Origin: a virus
DNA: 64,000 nucleotides
IMG/VR virus record: IMGVR_UViG_3300047494_000112
Coordinates: 123,325-187,324 of that record
Reading direction: 5' to 3' (one strand)
The position numbers were made by a program, and so were the translations under genes. The number at the start of each line of letters is the position of its first letter. Within the stretch, counting starts at the first letter, position 1. Below are positions 26,485 to 35,495 of this stretch, piece by piece. The notes beneath the pieces were generated by a model, which was not told where the DNA came from, did no database searches, and saw nothing but the letters and a program-made list of their open reading frames with translations.

Positions 26485-27051
26485 ATGACTGACTACAACA
26501 AATTGGTGGGCTATGACGTGTACGCAGGTATTCGTGATAGCTCAGCGCTGGAAAAGGTTGGCGAGTGGTGTGCCACATATCATAAAGGAGTGATATGTGG
26601 CAGCGCGGCGGTTGCTATCCACTTGGGCAAGGAAGTCAGGCCAGTTACTCCTGATTTAGACGTGTTGATCAGCCGTGATGAATCTACCATTGCAAGTGTT
26701 TTGGCGGCTTTTGGCAAAAAGGGACTGGCTAAAAACCGGTTTGGATTTTCCAATGTTGTCGATAACATGGATACTGATTGGTTGATTGCTAAGGACCGCT
26801 GGCAGGTTGCGGCAATTACAAAGCCTGTAATGTGGAAAGGCTTGGCTGTAATGGCTCTGCCTTTTCTGATAATTAGCAAGTTGGTCAGCGGTAGAGATAA
26901 AGACGCAAATGACCTTCAGCTGATTTTCAATCACAAGGGTCAGTCATACTTTGACAAATCTATAATGTTTATGCGTCAACTGGGAATGGATAAGGAAATT
27001 GAGGACTTGCAGTCTGATATGCACATTTTCAAACTGGTGAAACCTGATTAG
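26485..27051 (+). CDS. Pol-beta-superfamily nucleotidyltransferase-like protein
   Basis: ICGSAAVAIH...TPDLDVLI (GS...DxD); C-terminal KL.SGR.KD.NDL. Confidence 0.7.
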   Translation: MTDYNKLVGYDVYAGIRDSSALEKVGEWCATYHKGVICGSAAVAIHLGKEVRPVTPDLDVLISRDESTIASVLAAFGKKGLAKNRFGFSNVVDNMDTDWLIAKDRWQVAAITKPVMWKGLAVMALPFLIISKLVSGRDKDANDLQLIFNHKGQSYFDKSIMFMRQLGMDKEIEDLQSDMHIFKLVKPD

Positions 27052-27059
27052 GAGGTTAC

Positions 27060-27242
27060 ATGTCACCTGACGAAAGCAACTACAAAGCCACGGAAACAGT
27101 TACTTTGACACCTTACGAGGTTCAGATGATCATGACCATGGCTGAATATTATGTTGACTGTGAAGCTGAGGCACATGAATTGGGTTGTATTCAATCTGTG
27201 CTGAACAAGATGAAGGGGTGCAAGCAACCCGCATTTAGCTAA
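27060..27242 (+). CDS. Small hypothetical protein
   Basis: GGAGG RBS. Confidence 0.6.
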   Translation: MSPDESNYKATETVTLTPYEVQMIMTMAEYYVDCEAEAHELGCIQSVLNKMKGCKQPAFS

Positions 27243-27305
27243 TACGAAACCAGAGCCCAGGGATAACACCAATAATCCTGGGCTCGCGCTTCGCATTGGG
27301 CGAAG
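27239..27305 (+). promoter_or_regulatory. Repeated structured intergenic motif, copy A
   Basis: CTAATACGAAAC-[9-bp hairpin]-CGCTTCGCATTGGGCGAAG; same flanks as 33814-33875. Confidence 0.65.
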
Positions 27306-27343
27306 ATACTAGCATAGAATATCTATAGCAAAAGGAAAAACAC

Positions 27344-27517
27344 ATGCCGAAAGAGCTGACTGTCGATGAAATGATCGATCAAGCCGAAAAAGTGTTGGCT
27401 GAAAATGGGAGGACGCCGCCATCTCCGTCCACAATGTTCATTGCTTTTGACTACGCGGATGCAATGGAGGACTGTGTCGATGATGGCTACGATTACAGCG
27501 TAAAGTATCTGATGTAA
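27344..27517 (+). CDS. Small acidic hypothetical protein (57 aa; below the ORF-track cutoff)
   Basis: AAGGA RBS; MPKELTVDEMIDQAEKVLAENG...YSVKYLM. Confidence 0.6.
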   Translation: MPKELTVDEMIDQAEKVLAENGRTPPSPSTMFIAFDYADAMEDCVDDGYDYSVKYLM

Positions 27518-27527
27518 CTATTCACTG

Positions 27528-27562
27528 GGTGAGGATCAACTGTTGATCCTCACCTTTCTTTT
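27528..27562 (+). terminator. Rho-independent terminator
   Basis: ggtgaggatcaac-t-gttgatcctcacc then tttctttt. Confidence 0.75.
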
Positions 27563-27583
27563 CATCATTCTCAGGAGAGAATA

Positions 27584-27805
27584 ATGAGTAAAGTATTTTT
27601 AATCTTTGTGGCTTGCGTTCTCTTGTTCGCTTTTATCTTTGTGACCTGGACACAGGATGAGCTGGGCTACGTGCTAACTTTGATCAAAGGGCATACTGTA
27701 CATGTTCCCTTCTTGATCGCTCTTATTTGTAATCTGTTCCTAAACGTTGCAACCTTTTGGTTTGACGTTGTAGTCTGGGCTCTGCGTGTTTGCTCTATTA
27801 TCTAA
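27584..27805 (+). CDS. Small membrane protein
   Basis: Two hydrophobic segments; AGGAG RBS. Confidence 0.65.
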   Translation: MSKVFLIFVACVLLFAFIFVTWTQDELGYVLTLIKGHTVHVPFLIALICNLFLNVATFWFDVVVWALRVCSII

Positions 27806-28157
27806 GAAAGGATAATTGATGACAATTTCAAATTGGAGTTTATGCGCCGCAGCAATTGGCGCATTGATTATAGTTGGCATACTGCTGTTCTGGTATGCTT
27901 TGTGGGTATATGCGGTAACTGTAGATAATTAGGAGGATGGATACCAATGAATATTTGGGCAATACTACTGATCGCATATGCGTTGCTTGATGTAATCGGC
28001 TACGTTTACATACGGCACAATTATGTCCTCACGCGCCTTGATGCAAAGCTGCAGCGTGAGATTCAAACCGAGATTGGTAGGAGATAAGATGCCAGATAAA
28101 AAATGTTCCACATTGAGACAGCTCGGTTAGTATCAACTACTACCAAGGAGTAAGGTC

Positions 28158-28538
28158 ATGGCCAATATAGTCAACATTAACGCCAAGGTTAACGACAAGG
28201 GCAAGCTGGTCCTTTTCATTGACCCAAAACAAAACGGTGAATTGTCAGGGACCGGCAAGTCCTTTGTCATTGCCTCAGCCAGGTGGTATGACTTGTCTGA
28301 CCTACCTGGCTGTGAAGGCTTGGCTATAAATTGCCAAGTGATCCGCAAACTTGCAAAAAAGAAAGTCAAAAAAGTTGAACCTGATGACGACGATGATACG
28401 GACGAAGGTCCGGTTGAAACCAAGACCAAAAACAAAGGCAAAAAGCCCAAATTGAATCGTGACAAGGATGGCAAAGTGAAGCCAATTGCGACTAGCACGC
28501 GCGTTGCAGATAAGCTTCGCGTCAAACGATCCAAGTAG
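28158..28538 (+). CDS. Hypothetical protein with acidic/basic tail
   Basis: AAGGAG RBS; SGTGKSFVIASA motif. Confidence 0.75.
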   Translation: MANIVNINAKVNDKGKLVLFIDPKQNGELSGTGKSFVIASARWYDLSDLPGCEGLAINCQVIRKLAKKKVKKVEPDDDDDTDEGPVETKTKNKGKKPKLNRDKDGKVKPIATSTRVADKLRVKRSK

Positions 28539-28547
28539 GAGAACATT

Positions 28548-29132
28548 ATGAGTGTAGTTCGCGTTGAAATGGTCCATCGGGTTATAGCTGAAATTAAAGA
28601 TGTGGCCTTAAAGGTGACCAAGCTGACAAATGGTGTTGAGATTTTTATGGAAGGAGGCAATTACAGCGGTGATAGCATAATTTTAGACAACAAGCAATTT
28701 GCCGGCTTGCTAAATGAGCTGCAACTTATGCTAGTTGATGGCGTTCTGCCTATCAAAACAGAAGTGATGCAGCTATCACCGTCGGTTCGCAATGATGAGG
28801 ATTTATCAATCTCATTAAAGCTTGCAAAGCAAGCAGAACCTGAAAATAAGCCAAAGAAGAGAATTGAACCTCGCGGACCAAACGCAAGGCCGACCAAAAA
28901 GAAGCCAGGTTTCAAACGGCTGAATACAAAGCAACAGGTTAACTCACATACAAAGTGGTCGGAAGAGGAGAAAAAAGAAGTTGCAGAGTTCCTTAATAAT
29001 AAAGGGACATGGTTGGCAGCATCCAAAAAGTATGGCCGCACAGTCAAAGCGATCGTAGTTGCGGCACAACTAAAACGTCTTCCCAACGTTGACTACCGAG
29101 CAGTTTGTTTGACTGCTGGCTCACCCCAATAA
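28548..29132 (+). CDS. Hypothetical protein with C-terminal HTH/Myb-like segment
   Basis: KWSEEEKKEV...YGRTVKAIV. Confidence 0.7.
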   Translation: MSVVRVEMVHRVIAEIKDVALKVTKLTNGVEIFMEGGNYSGDSIILDNKQFAGLLNELQLMLVDGVLPIKTEVMQLSPSVRNDEDLSISLKLAKQAEPENKPKKRIEPRGPNARPTKKKPGFKRLNTKQQVNSHTKWSEEEKKEVAEFLNNKGTWLAASKKYGRTVKAIVVAAQLKRLPNVDYRAVCLTAGSPQ

Positions 29133-29144
29133 CAGGAGATTAGC

Positions 29145-29585
29145 ATGACCGACACAGCCAACATTGCAAATATCGCCAACACGGTAACGTCAACCATCAC
29201 AGCTTTGGCAACCAAGGCCGGGGCAGCAATTTCAGCCTACGGCCCACAAACCGTTGACTTTGCCGCTCACTATCTACACGTCATTGCTCTGATCACGGCT
29301 GCCACCGATATCCTTGGTCTAGTCTCTGTCCCAATTTTGGGATATATAGCCTACCGATTCTGTAAATATTTTATCATCAAGGTAATTGACGGCGGCGATG
29401 GCCCAGAATGGCTGATACCTATTGTTGTTGGGATGTTCACCGCATTTTATATTATCATCGCAAGCTTTACTTGTCTAGAAAGCCTACTTTCAACCCAAGA
29501 GCTTTTGGGTCTTTTTGCACCAAAAATTGCAGTTGTGCAATACGCGCTAAATGCGGTTACACCCAATACTGGTAATAGCAACTAA
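29145..29585 (+). CDS. Membrane protein
   Basis: Two to three hydrophobic helices; AGGAG RBS. Confidence 0.7.
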   Translation: MTDTANIANIANTVTSTITALATKAGAAISAYGPQTVDFAAHYLHVIALITAATDILGLVSVPILGYIAYRFCKYFIIKVIDGGDGPEWLIPIVVGMFTAFYIIIASFTCLESLLSTQELLGLFAPKIAVVQYALNAVTPNTGNSN

Positions 29586-29600
29586 TCAAAGGAGAGGCGA

Positions 29601-29795
29601 ATGTATTATGTCGTGTTTGAGGGAAACGGCAAAACCCTGTATCGGACAAAGTTGGGAGACTGGACACAGATCAAGAACGTTGCGTTTCCTCACAAGTGCA
29701 AGGCTCGAGCCTTAAACGTTGCCAGTCAGGCGCATGATGCCTATATGAAAAAATTCAAAACCGCGAATGGGATTCGCTTTCTTGTAAAGGAGTAA
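29601..29795 (+). CDS. Small hypothetical protein
   Basis: AAGGAG RBS. Confidence 0.6.
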   Translation: MYYVVFEGNGKTLYRTKLGDWTQIKNVAFPHKCKARALNVASQAHDAYMKKFKTANGIRFLVKE

Positions 29796-29799
29796 GGTT

Positions 29800-30249
29800 A
29801 TGGAAAAGATAATGGTTCGGCCACCTGGCGCTTTAAACCTGGCTGATTTGCAGGATTTGCTTGCTCTGGCAAAAATGGAAAAGGTCATCCTGTATAAGGT
29901 TTATGGCCTTGGCAAGGCGTCAAGTATAGGTATAATTGAACTAGACGAAAGATCTCTGATCAAGGAGCACAAGTACGATTCTGGAGACTCAAGCCAGTTT
30001 CTACATTACTATCGCACCAACAGCTTTACATCTATAGATTTTTCTACAAGCGCTAGCATTGTTGATGCCAATGTGATTGAAAATGGCTACAATGATCACT
30101 ACTGGTTCAGCAATAAGCTGATTGCAGAGAGATATCTCAATCTTTGCCGAAACTCGGCTCGACTAGAGTGTAATACCCAGCGTCACTGGGAGGACTGTCG
30201 TCGCTGGGAAGATTCATTTGATGACAATTGGGAGGATTATGAGGATTAA
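29800..30249 (+). CDS. Hypothetical protein
   Basis: ORF in operon context. Confidence 0.7.
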   Translation: MEKIMVRPPGALNLADLQDLLALAKMEKVILYKVYGLGKASSIGIIELDERSLIKEHKYDSGDSSQFLHYYRTNSFTSIDFSTSASIVDANVIENGYNDHYWFSNKLIAERYLNLCRNSARLECNTQRHWEDCRRWEDSFDDNWEDYED

Positions 30250-30252
30250 AAG

Positions 30253-30528
30253 GTGCCCAAGCTAGTTGAAAACTCAGATTACAGGTTAACGATCTACAAT
30301 CGGTATGGGCCAAAAACTAGACAAGAGTTGTATCAAGTAAAAGGCAGAAATTATTTTCGTATTAGCGAGATGACAAAGCCTGGACTGATACGGTGTTTGG
30401 CGCATCTGTCAGAAAAGACCCGAAGGCAATACCTGACTGACATTTGCCGAGAACTTCGAGTACGCCAAATACTTGGCAAAAACGGTGTCACGTACTATTT
30501 TCTATCAAAGAAGAGGAAAAAGCAATGA
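30253..30528 (+). CDS. Hypothetical basic protein
   Basis: GTG-start ORF coupled to the next gene. Confidence 0.55.
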   Translation: MPKLVENSDYRLTIYNRYGPKTRQELYQVKGRNYFRISEMTKPGLIRCLAHLSEKTRRQYLTDICRELRVRQILGKNGVTYYFLSKKRKKQ

Positions 30529-31232
30529 TTAATAATCAACAAGCTTCTGAAAACATACTTGCCTACTTGAATGAAGGTAGGTTGGTTAAGCGTTATTGGA
30601 AAATAGAAAGAGAGGGGCGTTATTACGCCTGCTTGTTAGGTGCAGCATTTGGGATACCTTCAGTAGCTGATTGTCCCAATGAAGCCATGCCAAAATGGAT
30701 GGCTGAATGCACCGTCACGCTGGTTGATGGTATTAGTAATGAAGATTTAAACAATGGATTGATACGTAGGTATGCAGATCTGCTGTCAAAATGGACAGTG
30801 TTGTCAAAAGAACAATGGGCTAATGTACTAGCGCGATGGCTAGTTAGGTTGATCGATCAAGCAATTGACTCGATTCCTAAGCCTGTAAGAGATGAAGGGC
30901 TTATACTTGTAAAGGTTTGCGAACAATGCAAATCAGCTGTGATTTGCAAAAATGAATCAGATTATGCTAAAGTTACTGCAGCTGTTAAAGCTGCGGCTTC
31001 AGCGCATGAAGCTGTGTGCAGGCTTAATGCACATTCAGCTGTGCATGTTGCTAATGCTGCAGCTTATGCTGCTCATGCGATTGTTGATCCAACTTCATAT
31101 GCAGCTTATGCTGCACATTATGCTGCAAAGGTGGCTTCCAATGTTGCCAATGATGAATATTCAGCATATAAATCTCTTTTTCAAGCTTTACTTGATGAGA
31201 TTGAAAAAGAGATTTTCGGAGTTCAATCATGA
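30525..31232 (+). CDS. Hypothetical protein with Ala-rich repeats
   Basis: GAGG RBS; ATG at 30525; AAYAA-type repeats. Confidence 0.75.
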   Translation: MINNQQASENILAYLNEGRLVKRYWKIEREGRYYACLLGAAFGIPSVADCPNEAMPKWMAECTVTLVDGISNEDLNNGLIRRYADLLSKWTVLSKEQWANVLARWLVRLIDQAIDSIPKPVRDEGLILVKVCEQCKSAVICKNESDYAKVTAAVKAAASAHEAVCRLNAHSAVHVANAAAYAAHAIVDPTSYAAYAAHYAAKVASNVANDEYSAYKSLFQALLDEIEKEIFGVQS

Positions 31233-31663
31233 TTGAACTCAATGAATGGAAAAGTGACAAATGGGAAGAAGCCGTTTTTAAAGTAATGGCTACTTTTCGC
31301 CAAAAATACGGAGTTAGCTACACCAGCGGTGTTGTACTTGGTGGCCACGACATGAAACCTGCTGCAATAAACCATGAATGGCCAGAGTTTTTAATTTCGT
31401 GGGAAAAAGGCAGTATGCTAGATTATTGCATTCGAGTTCAATCTCCAGCACCAAAAGGTTATGACCACCTGGTGCCCGTTCGAGCAGTGGTTTGGTTCAA
31501 CCATGATCAAGTAACCTACTTGGCAGCATTTGAATACATGGATGAATTGTATCAAGAGCTAATTTCAATTGAAAGGAGCAATAGGTGCCCAGAGCAATAT
31601 GCACAGGATGTGGAGAGGAGTATTCAGAAAAACGTGCCGCACTTGGTTACAACAAATGTTTAG
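31229..31663 (+). CDS. Hypothetical protein
   Basis: ATGA coupling. Confidence 0.7.
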   Translation: MIELNEWKSDKWEEAVFKVMATFRQKYGVSYTSGVVLGGHDMKPAAINHEWPEFLISWEKGSMLDYCIRVQSPAPKGYDHLVPVRAVVWFNHDQVTYLAAFEYMDELYQELISIERSNRCPEQYAQDVERSIQKNVPHLVTTNV

Positions 31664-31821
31664 CTTGTGGTGATGCTGTTGCTCAGAAACAAATACAAGC
31701 AAAGCAGAAGCGTATTCTCCCAGCTTTCAACAAAGGAGGCTATACGCTTTTATCTGGTGACTACGAAACTGCAAAGTCAGAGGCTCGAGGTATGGCTCGA
31801 AAAACGGAGAATGAAAAATGA
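31585..31821 (+). CDS. C4 zinc-finger protein (TraR/DksA-like finger)
   Basis: CTGCGEE...R...G...CLACGD. Confidence 0.55.
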   Translation: MPRAICTGCGEEYSEKRAALGYNKCLACGDAVAQKQIQAKQKRILPAFNKGGYTLLSGDYETAKSEARGMARKTENEK

Positions 31822-32006
31822 CACCAACAGATAAGGACATTTGGGCTGCTTTGGCAATAAGCATGTCACTGTTCAAGCTGCAGGAAGAAGAAACGGAACA
31901 GAAGCAGTCATTTCAGGACTGGGTTAAAAAAGAAAATTTGCCTAAACTGGATGACGAAGAACCGTATACCTATTAATTTTTAACCAAATGAGAGAGGACA
32001 TGTAAC

Positions 32007-32258
32007 ATGGATATGCCGGTAACTCTTCAGAGCCTGATGATAAAAGACATTCGTGCGTCTCACTTTGAGACCAAAAAGCAGGTTTGGTTTCGCTGCAAGC
32101 GTAATTGGACAGATGTTTATTTTGAAATTTTGGATTACTATTTTCCAGAAGATTCAGAAACCTATGAAGGCGTACCTTACCTTTGTGGCGCCGCCCACAT
32201 TGACGGGACTTGGATAATCGGCTTCCTAAATCCTTCTTGTGAATTTATTCCTTTGTGA
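32007..32258 (+). CDS. Hypothetical protein
   Basis: GAGG RBS. Confidence 0.6.
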   Translation: MDMPVTLQSLMIKDIRASHFETKKQVWFRCKRNWTDVYFEILDYYFPEDSETYEGVPYLCGAAHIDGTWIIGFLNPSCEFIPL

Positions 32259-32270
32259 TAGGAGAGTTAG

Positions 32271-32684
32271 ATGAAATATGATTCTTGGAAAGCTGATATC
32301 AGGCCAGTAGATCCTGATCCTGACAATGAGTTACATCTTACGGTTAACGAGGTTAGAAATTGTATGGAGGTTGTGGCAAGCGTGCTTTATAGGCACGCCA
32401 AAGCTGCGGCCATCCAACACAATGATGGTCTGTATGATGAATTTTCTCGTTTGAAAGCTGATTTGAATATGCTTTCAGATCGCTTGTTTAGCGCAAGCAA
32501 TGATGCTTCGATGCATCGAGTGAACGCCAGTATTTCTCAAGGTGAGAAGAGCATGGCGGCCATTATGAGTGGTCTTTTAAAATCAGTGGGTACTGATAAA
32601 GACCCACTGACAACGGTCGCCGTTGAGTTGATGAAAGTCCACTATGACATGGCTGATGAGCTGAAGGAGTTGAAGGATGACTGA
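32271..32684 (+). CDS. Hypothetical helical protein
   Basis: AGGAG RBS. Confidence 0.7.
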   Translation: MKYDSWKADIRPVDPDPDNELHLTVNEVRNCMEVVASVLYRHAKAAAIQHNDGLYDEFSRLKADLNMLSDRLFSASNDASMHRVNASISQGEKSMAAIMSGLLKSVGTDKDPLTTVAVELMKVHYDMADELKELKDD

Positions 32685-32964
32685 CTTTACTCCTGGCAAC
32701 TTGGTCTTCCATGCTGAAAAAGTGTATAGCTGTTCCAAACTAGACTACCTATTCTGTGAGGATAGGTTTGTGGGCACAGTTGTTACTCTGAGTGATGCTC
32801 ACTCAGATGAGCATATAATTGACTTGCCTAATTTTCGATGCGAAAGGGACATTACCAGTCCTCATTGTCAGTATCAAAACGTTGAGGCACCTAGCACAGT
32901 TGCACCTGCAATCAAGCATTGGGTATCAAAGTTGAGTTCATTTTTGAAGGGAGACTTGCAATGA
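32677..32964 (+). CDS. Hypothetical protein
   Basis: Coupled start and stop. Confidence 0.6.
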   Translation: MTDFTPGNLVFHAEKVYSCSKLDYLFCEDRFVGTVVTLSDAHSDEHIIDLPNFRCERDITSPHCQYQNVEAPSTVAPAIKHWVSKLSSFLKGDLQ

Positions 32965-33134
32965 AGTACGAATACCACGTCCTAATTCGGCATGACACTT
33001 TGCCACATTCTAGTCTCCAGGCTTTGGGAAAAGAGGGTTGGTTACTATGCAGCGTTGTCTCCCAAAGAATTGGAATTGGAGGAGACACTCGACATACTTT
33101 TTACTTTACTCGGCCGTTGAAAGAGCAAGTGTAA
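32961..33134 (+). CDS. Small hypothetical protein (MKYEY...LGKEGWLL...FYF.R pattern)
   Basis: GGAG RBS; ATG at 32961. Confidence 0.65.
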   Translation: MKYEYHVLIRHDTLPHSSLQALGKEGWLLCSVVSQRIGIGGDTRHTFYFTRPLKEQV

Positions 33135-33541
33135 TGGGACTTGTGCTGGTACCTCTTTGGTTCATGTTTACTTTACCTGGGCGATGGCAACAATGGCGTA
33201 ATTTCTACTTTCCCAGCAACAGTCGTCAGAGCATTGTTGCATCAGCTCGTGACTACAATTCTAAAGGCGTAATGTTTATCTTTTGTCTACGTTTTTGGAG
33301 TTTTTGGCTGTGCGTATGGGCAATTTTTCCAGGTTTGATTTTACTTGGAATGGCATGGATTGCAAACAACAGTACAGAGTCAGCAGCAACGTGCCCAGTT
33401 TTTATCACAAACCTGTACTATTGGATTCACACTAGCGCATTGTGTCGCATATCGCTTCACTTTGATCTAAAGGTAACGTTGGCTTTTTTGACGTGGATTA
33501 ACGAAGCAGTAACCTGGCTAAACACTCCTCACAATCATTGA
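33134..33541 (+). CDS. Membrane protein
   Basis: Hydrophobic segments; TAATG coupling. Confidence 0.6.
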   Translation: MGLVLVPLWFMFTLPGRWQQWRNFYFPSNSRQSIVASARDYNSKGVMFIFCLRFWSFWLCVWAIFPGLILLGMAWIANNSTESAATCPVFITNLYYWIHTSALCRISLHFDLKVTLAFLTWINEAVTWLNTPHNH

Positions 33542-33553
33542 TAAGGAAAGCTA

Positions 33554-33817
33554 ATGCAAACTATGAACAAATTTTTGGATTTGGTACTTAGGTTTCAGAA
33601 TCTTTCAGTAAAATTTGGAACGAGCAAATCTTCTTCGTATCAAGTCTCTTTGACTATAGGTCAGGATAAAAAATGGTGTCTAAATTTAGGCTGTTATGAT
33701 ATAGAAGACTGGCCTAGGAATTTATTGCTAGGCCCATTTTTGAATATAGAAGAAGTGTTGGAGGCTTTTGAAACGAAGGTAAAGGAAGCGGAAGCAATTC
33801 CAGATAATTTCGTCTAA
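33554..33817 (+). CDS. Hypothetical protein
   Basis: AAGGA RBS. Confidence 0.65.
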   Translation: MQTMNKFLDLVLRFQNLSVKFGTSKSSSYQVSLTIGQDKKWCLNLGCYDIEDWPRNLLLGPFLNIEEVLEAFETKVKEAEAIPDNFV

Positions 33818-33875
33818 TACGAAACGAGAAGGGTGGGCAGGGTTTCCACCCTTTACGCTTCGCATTGGAGCGGAG
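33814..33875 (+). promoter_or_regulatory. Repeated structured intergenic motif, copy B
   Basis: CTAATACGAAAC-[8-bp hairpin aagggtgg/ccaccctt]-CGCTTCGCATTGGAGCGGAG. Confidence 0.65.
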
Positions 33876-33903
33876 AAACAACCAAAATGAAAGTTATCAT
33901 AAC

Positions 33904-34221
33904 ATGGCGAAAAACATTGAAGCACGTCTGGCTCTCTTGCAGCAGGCAGTATTGGCACTTTTGCCGGCGACAGGAACTCACGCCAAAGTGATCAAGGAAA
34001 CAGAGGAAGCTTTTCCTTTGATCACTGAGAAGAAGCGTTTGGCTTTTGCATCCAGCGTTAGCAAGAAGCTTTCCAAGGCTGAAAAGCCGGCCAAGGATTC
34101 CAAAAAAGAGACCAAAAAATCGGAAAAGAAAGTCGAGAAAAAGGTAGCCAAGAAGAGCAAAAAGCTCGAAAAGAAGCTGGCAAAAAAGGCAGGCAAAAAA
34201 GCAAAGCAGCTTTCGGACTAA
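33904..34221 (+). CDS. Lys-rich histone-like small protein
   Basis: C-terminal half is K/A/E-rich (KKSEKKVEKKVAKKSKK). Confidence 0.75.
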   Translation: MAKNIEARLALLQQAVLALLPATGTHAKVIKETEEAFPLITEKKRLAFASSVSKKLSKAEKPAKDSKKETKKSEKKVEKKVAKKSKKLEKKLAKKAGKKAKQLSD

Positions 34222-34233
34222 TTGTTTAACATT

Positions 34234-34257
34234 GAGGGTGGCAATATTGCCACCCTC
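34234..34257. terminator. Perfect 24-bp palindrome
   Basis: gagggtggcaatattgccaccctc. Confidence 0.55.
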
Positions 34258-34470
34258 CTAACTTAGGAAAATAAAATGGAAAAAGGACCAACACAGGAGA
34301 TATTAGATCAATACACTGAGCTGTTGCGTAAAGCAGCTCGGCCTCGGCTAACTATTGCTGATGCAGGAGCAGCAGTACGAGAAAACGTTGATTTGGTTTT
34401 ATTCGTGACGCAAAATGCGCCTGCGATACTCACCGGACTTCAAAATTAACTTAACCACAGGAGAGTAAAA

Positions 34471-34947
34471 ATGAGCAGCAAGAAAACCAAGCGTCAGATC
34501 AATGAGATCATGGAGGCGCTTGAATACATGGACGGAGATTATATTGATGCCTTCCATTCTTCCGTAATGTCAATGCGTGCCGAAGGCGAATTGGATAATG
34601 AACCGGTTCAGGTTGTCGTCAAGCGTCCCAAAAAGACAAACCCGGCTAAGGTTGAGAAGCCCAAAGCAAAGCGAACTGTCAAAGTTGCTGAGGATGCTCC
34701 AAAGTTTTCAGACATGTCTGAGCGTGAACAACGCGCCTATATCCGGGCTTTGAATGTCAAACCTAACGATGCTGGTGAAAATTTGGCGCGTTTTCTGAAA
34801 AAGGTTGCCAAAATGGCTTCTGAGCATACGGAAAAGCAACTACTCCGAATGGGGAAGGAAGCCGAAATCAAATTTGTGTTTGGCAAAGGTCGCCAAGATC
34901 CATACGTTAAAAAGGAGAAAATGGCTGCACAAATTCTTATTCAGTAA
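34471..34947 (+). CDS. Hypothetical basic protein
   Basis: AGGAG RBS, followed by a terminator. Confidence 0.75.
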   Translation: MSSKKTKRQINEIMEALEYMDGDYIDAFHSSVMSMRAEGELDNEPVQVVVKRPKKTNPAKVEKPKAKRTVKVAEDAPKFSDMSEREQRAYIRALNVKPNDAGENLARFLKKVAKMASEHTEKQLLRMGKEAEIKFVFGKGRQDPYVKKEKMAAQILIQ

Positions 34948-34962
34948 TTGGTAAATTGTAAT

Positions 34963-34998
34963 GTGAAGGCTGGCGTAAAACCCAGCCTTTCACTTTTT
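34963..34998 (+). terminator. Rho-independent terminator
   Basis: gtgaaggctgg-cgtaaaac-ccagcctttcac then ttttt. Confidence 0.8.
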
Positions 34999-35006
34999 AT
35001 AGGAGA

Positions 35007-35483
35007 GTGAACATGTCAGCTTGTAAAAAAGACAGCGTGTTGATTGACCTTGATCAAAACTTTGGATACAGGTTTGTGCGTTTCAATTCACCTGAGTTGA
35101 CTGGTAAGGTGTGGCAACTGGCATTTCAAATGTTGGTTGCAGGCGTGGGTTTTTATCAACCAAAGTCTTATCAAGAGACCGGAGTAGAGCCAAATATTAC
35201 ACGCGAGATTGTACCGGCACACTATTGGGTATTCTCTCATTATGGCGATGAGATTGGTCGCATACAGGTCAATGTTGTAAATGGGCTTATCCATCGTTTG
35301 AGAGCAAACTATCAGACGTGTCATTGGTCTGGAAAGATATGCTATCAAAAAATAAATCCAAAGAAATATGTTCACTTGGCCGATATAACTTTTGGCTGGG
35401 AGAAAGGAATGAACGACTACGTTCCTATCCTAATACAAAAATTTCAACGTGAGCCCGTTAAAGAAATGCTAATGGGGAATTAA
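35007..35483 (+). CDS. Hypothetical protein
   Basis: AGGAG RBS. Confidence 0.7.
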   Translation: MNMSACKKDSVLIDLDQNFGYRFVRFNSPELTGKVWQLAFQMLVAGVGFYQPKSYQETGVEPNITREIVPAHYWVFSHYGDEIGRIQVNVVNGLIHRLRANYQTCHWSGKICYQKINPKKYVHLADITFGWEKGMNDYVPILIQKFQREPVKEMLMGN

Positions 35484-35495
35484 TAGGAGAGTGAC

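Noticed and set aside
27239-33875. Hammerhead ribozyme or T7-like promoter for the TAATACGAAAC motif
   Set aside because: There is no CUGANGA core or GUH cleavage site. Similarity to the T7 promoter stops after TAATACGA, and no single-subunit RNAP is seen.
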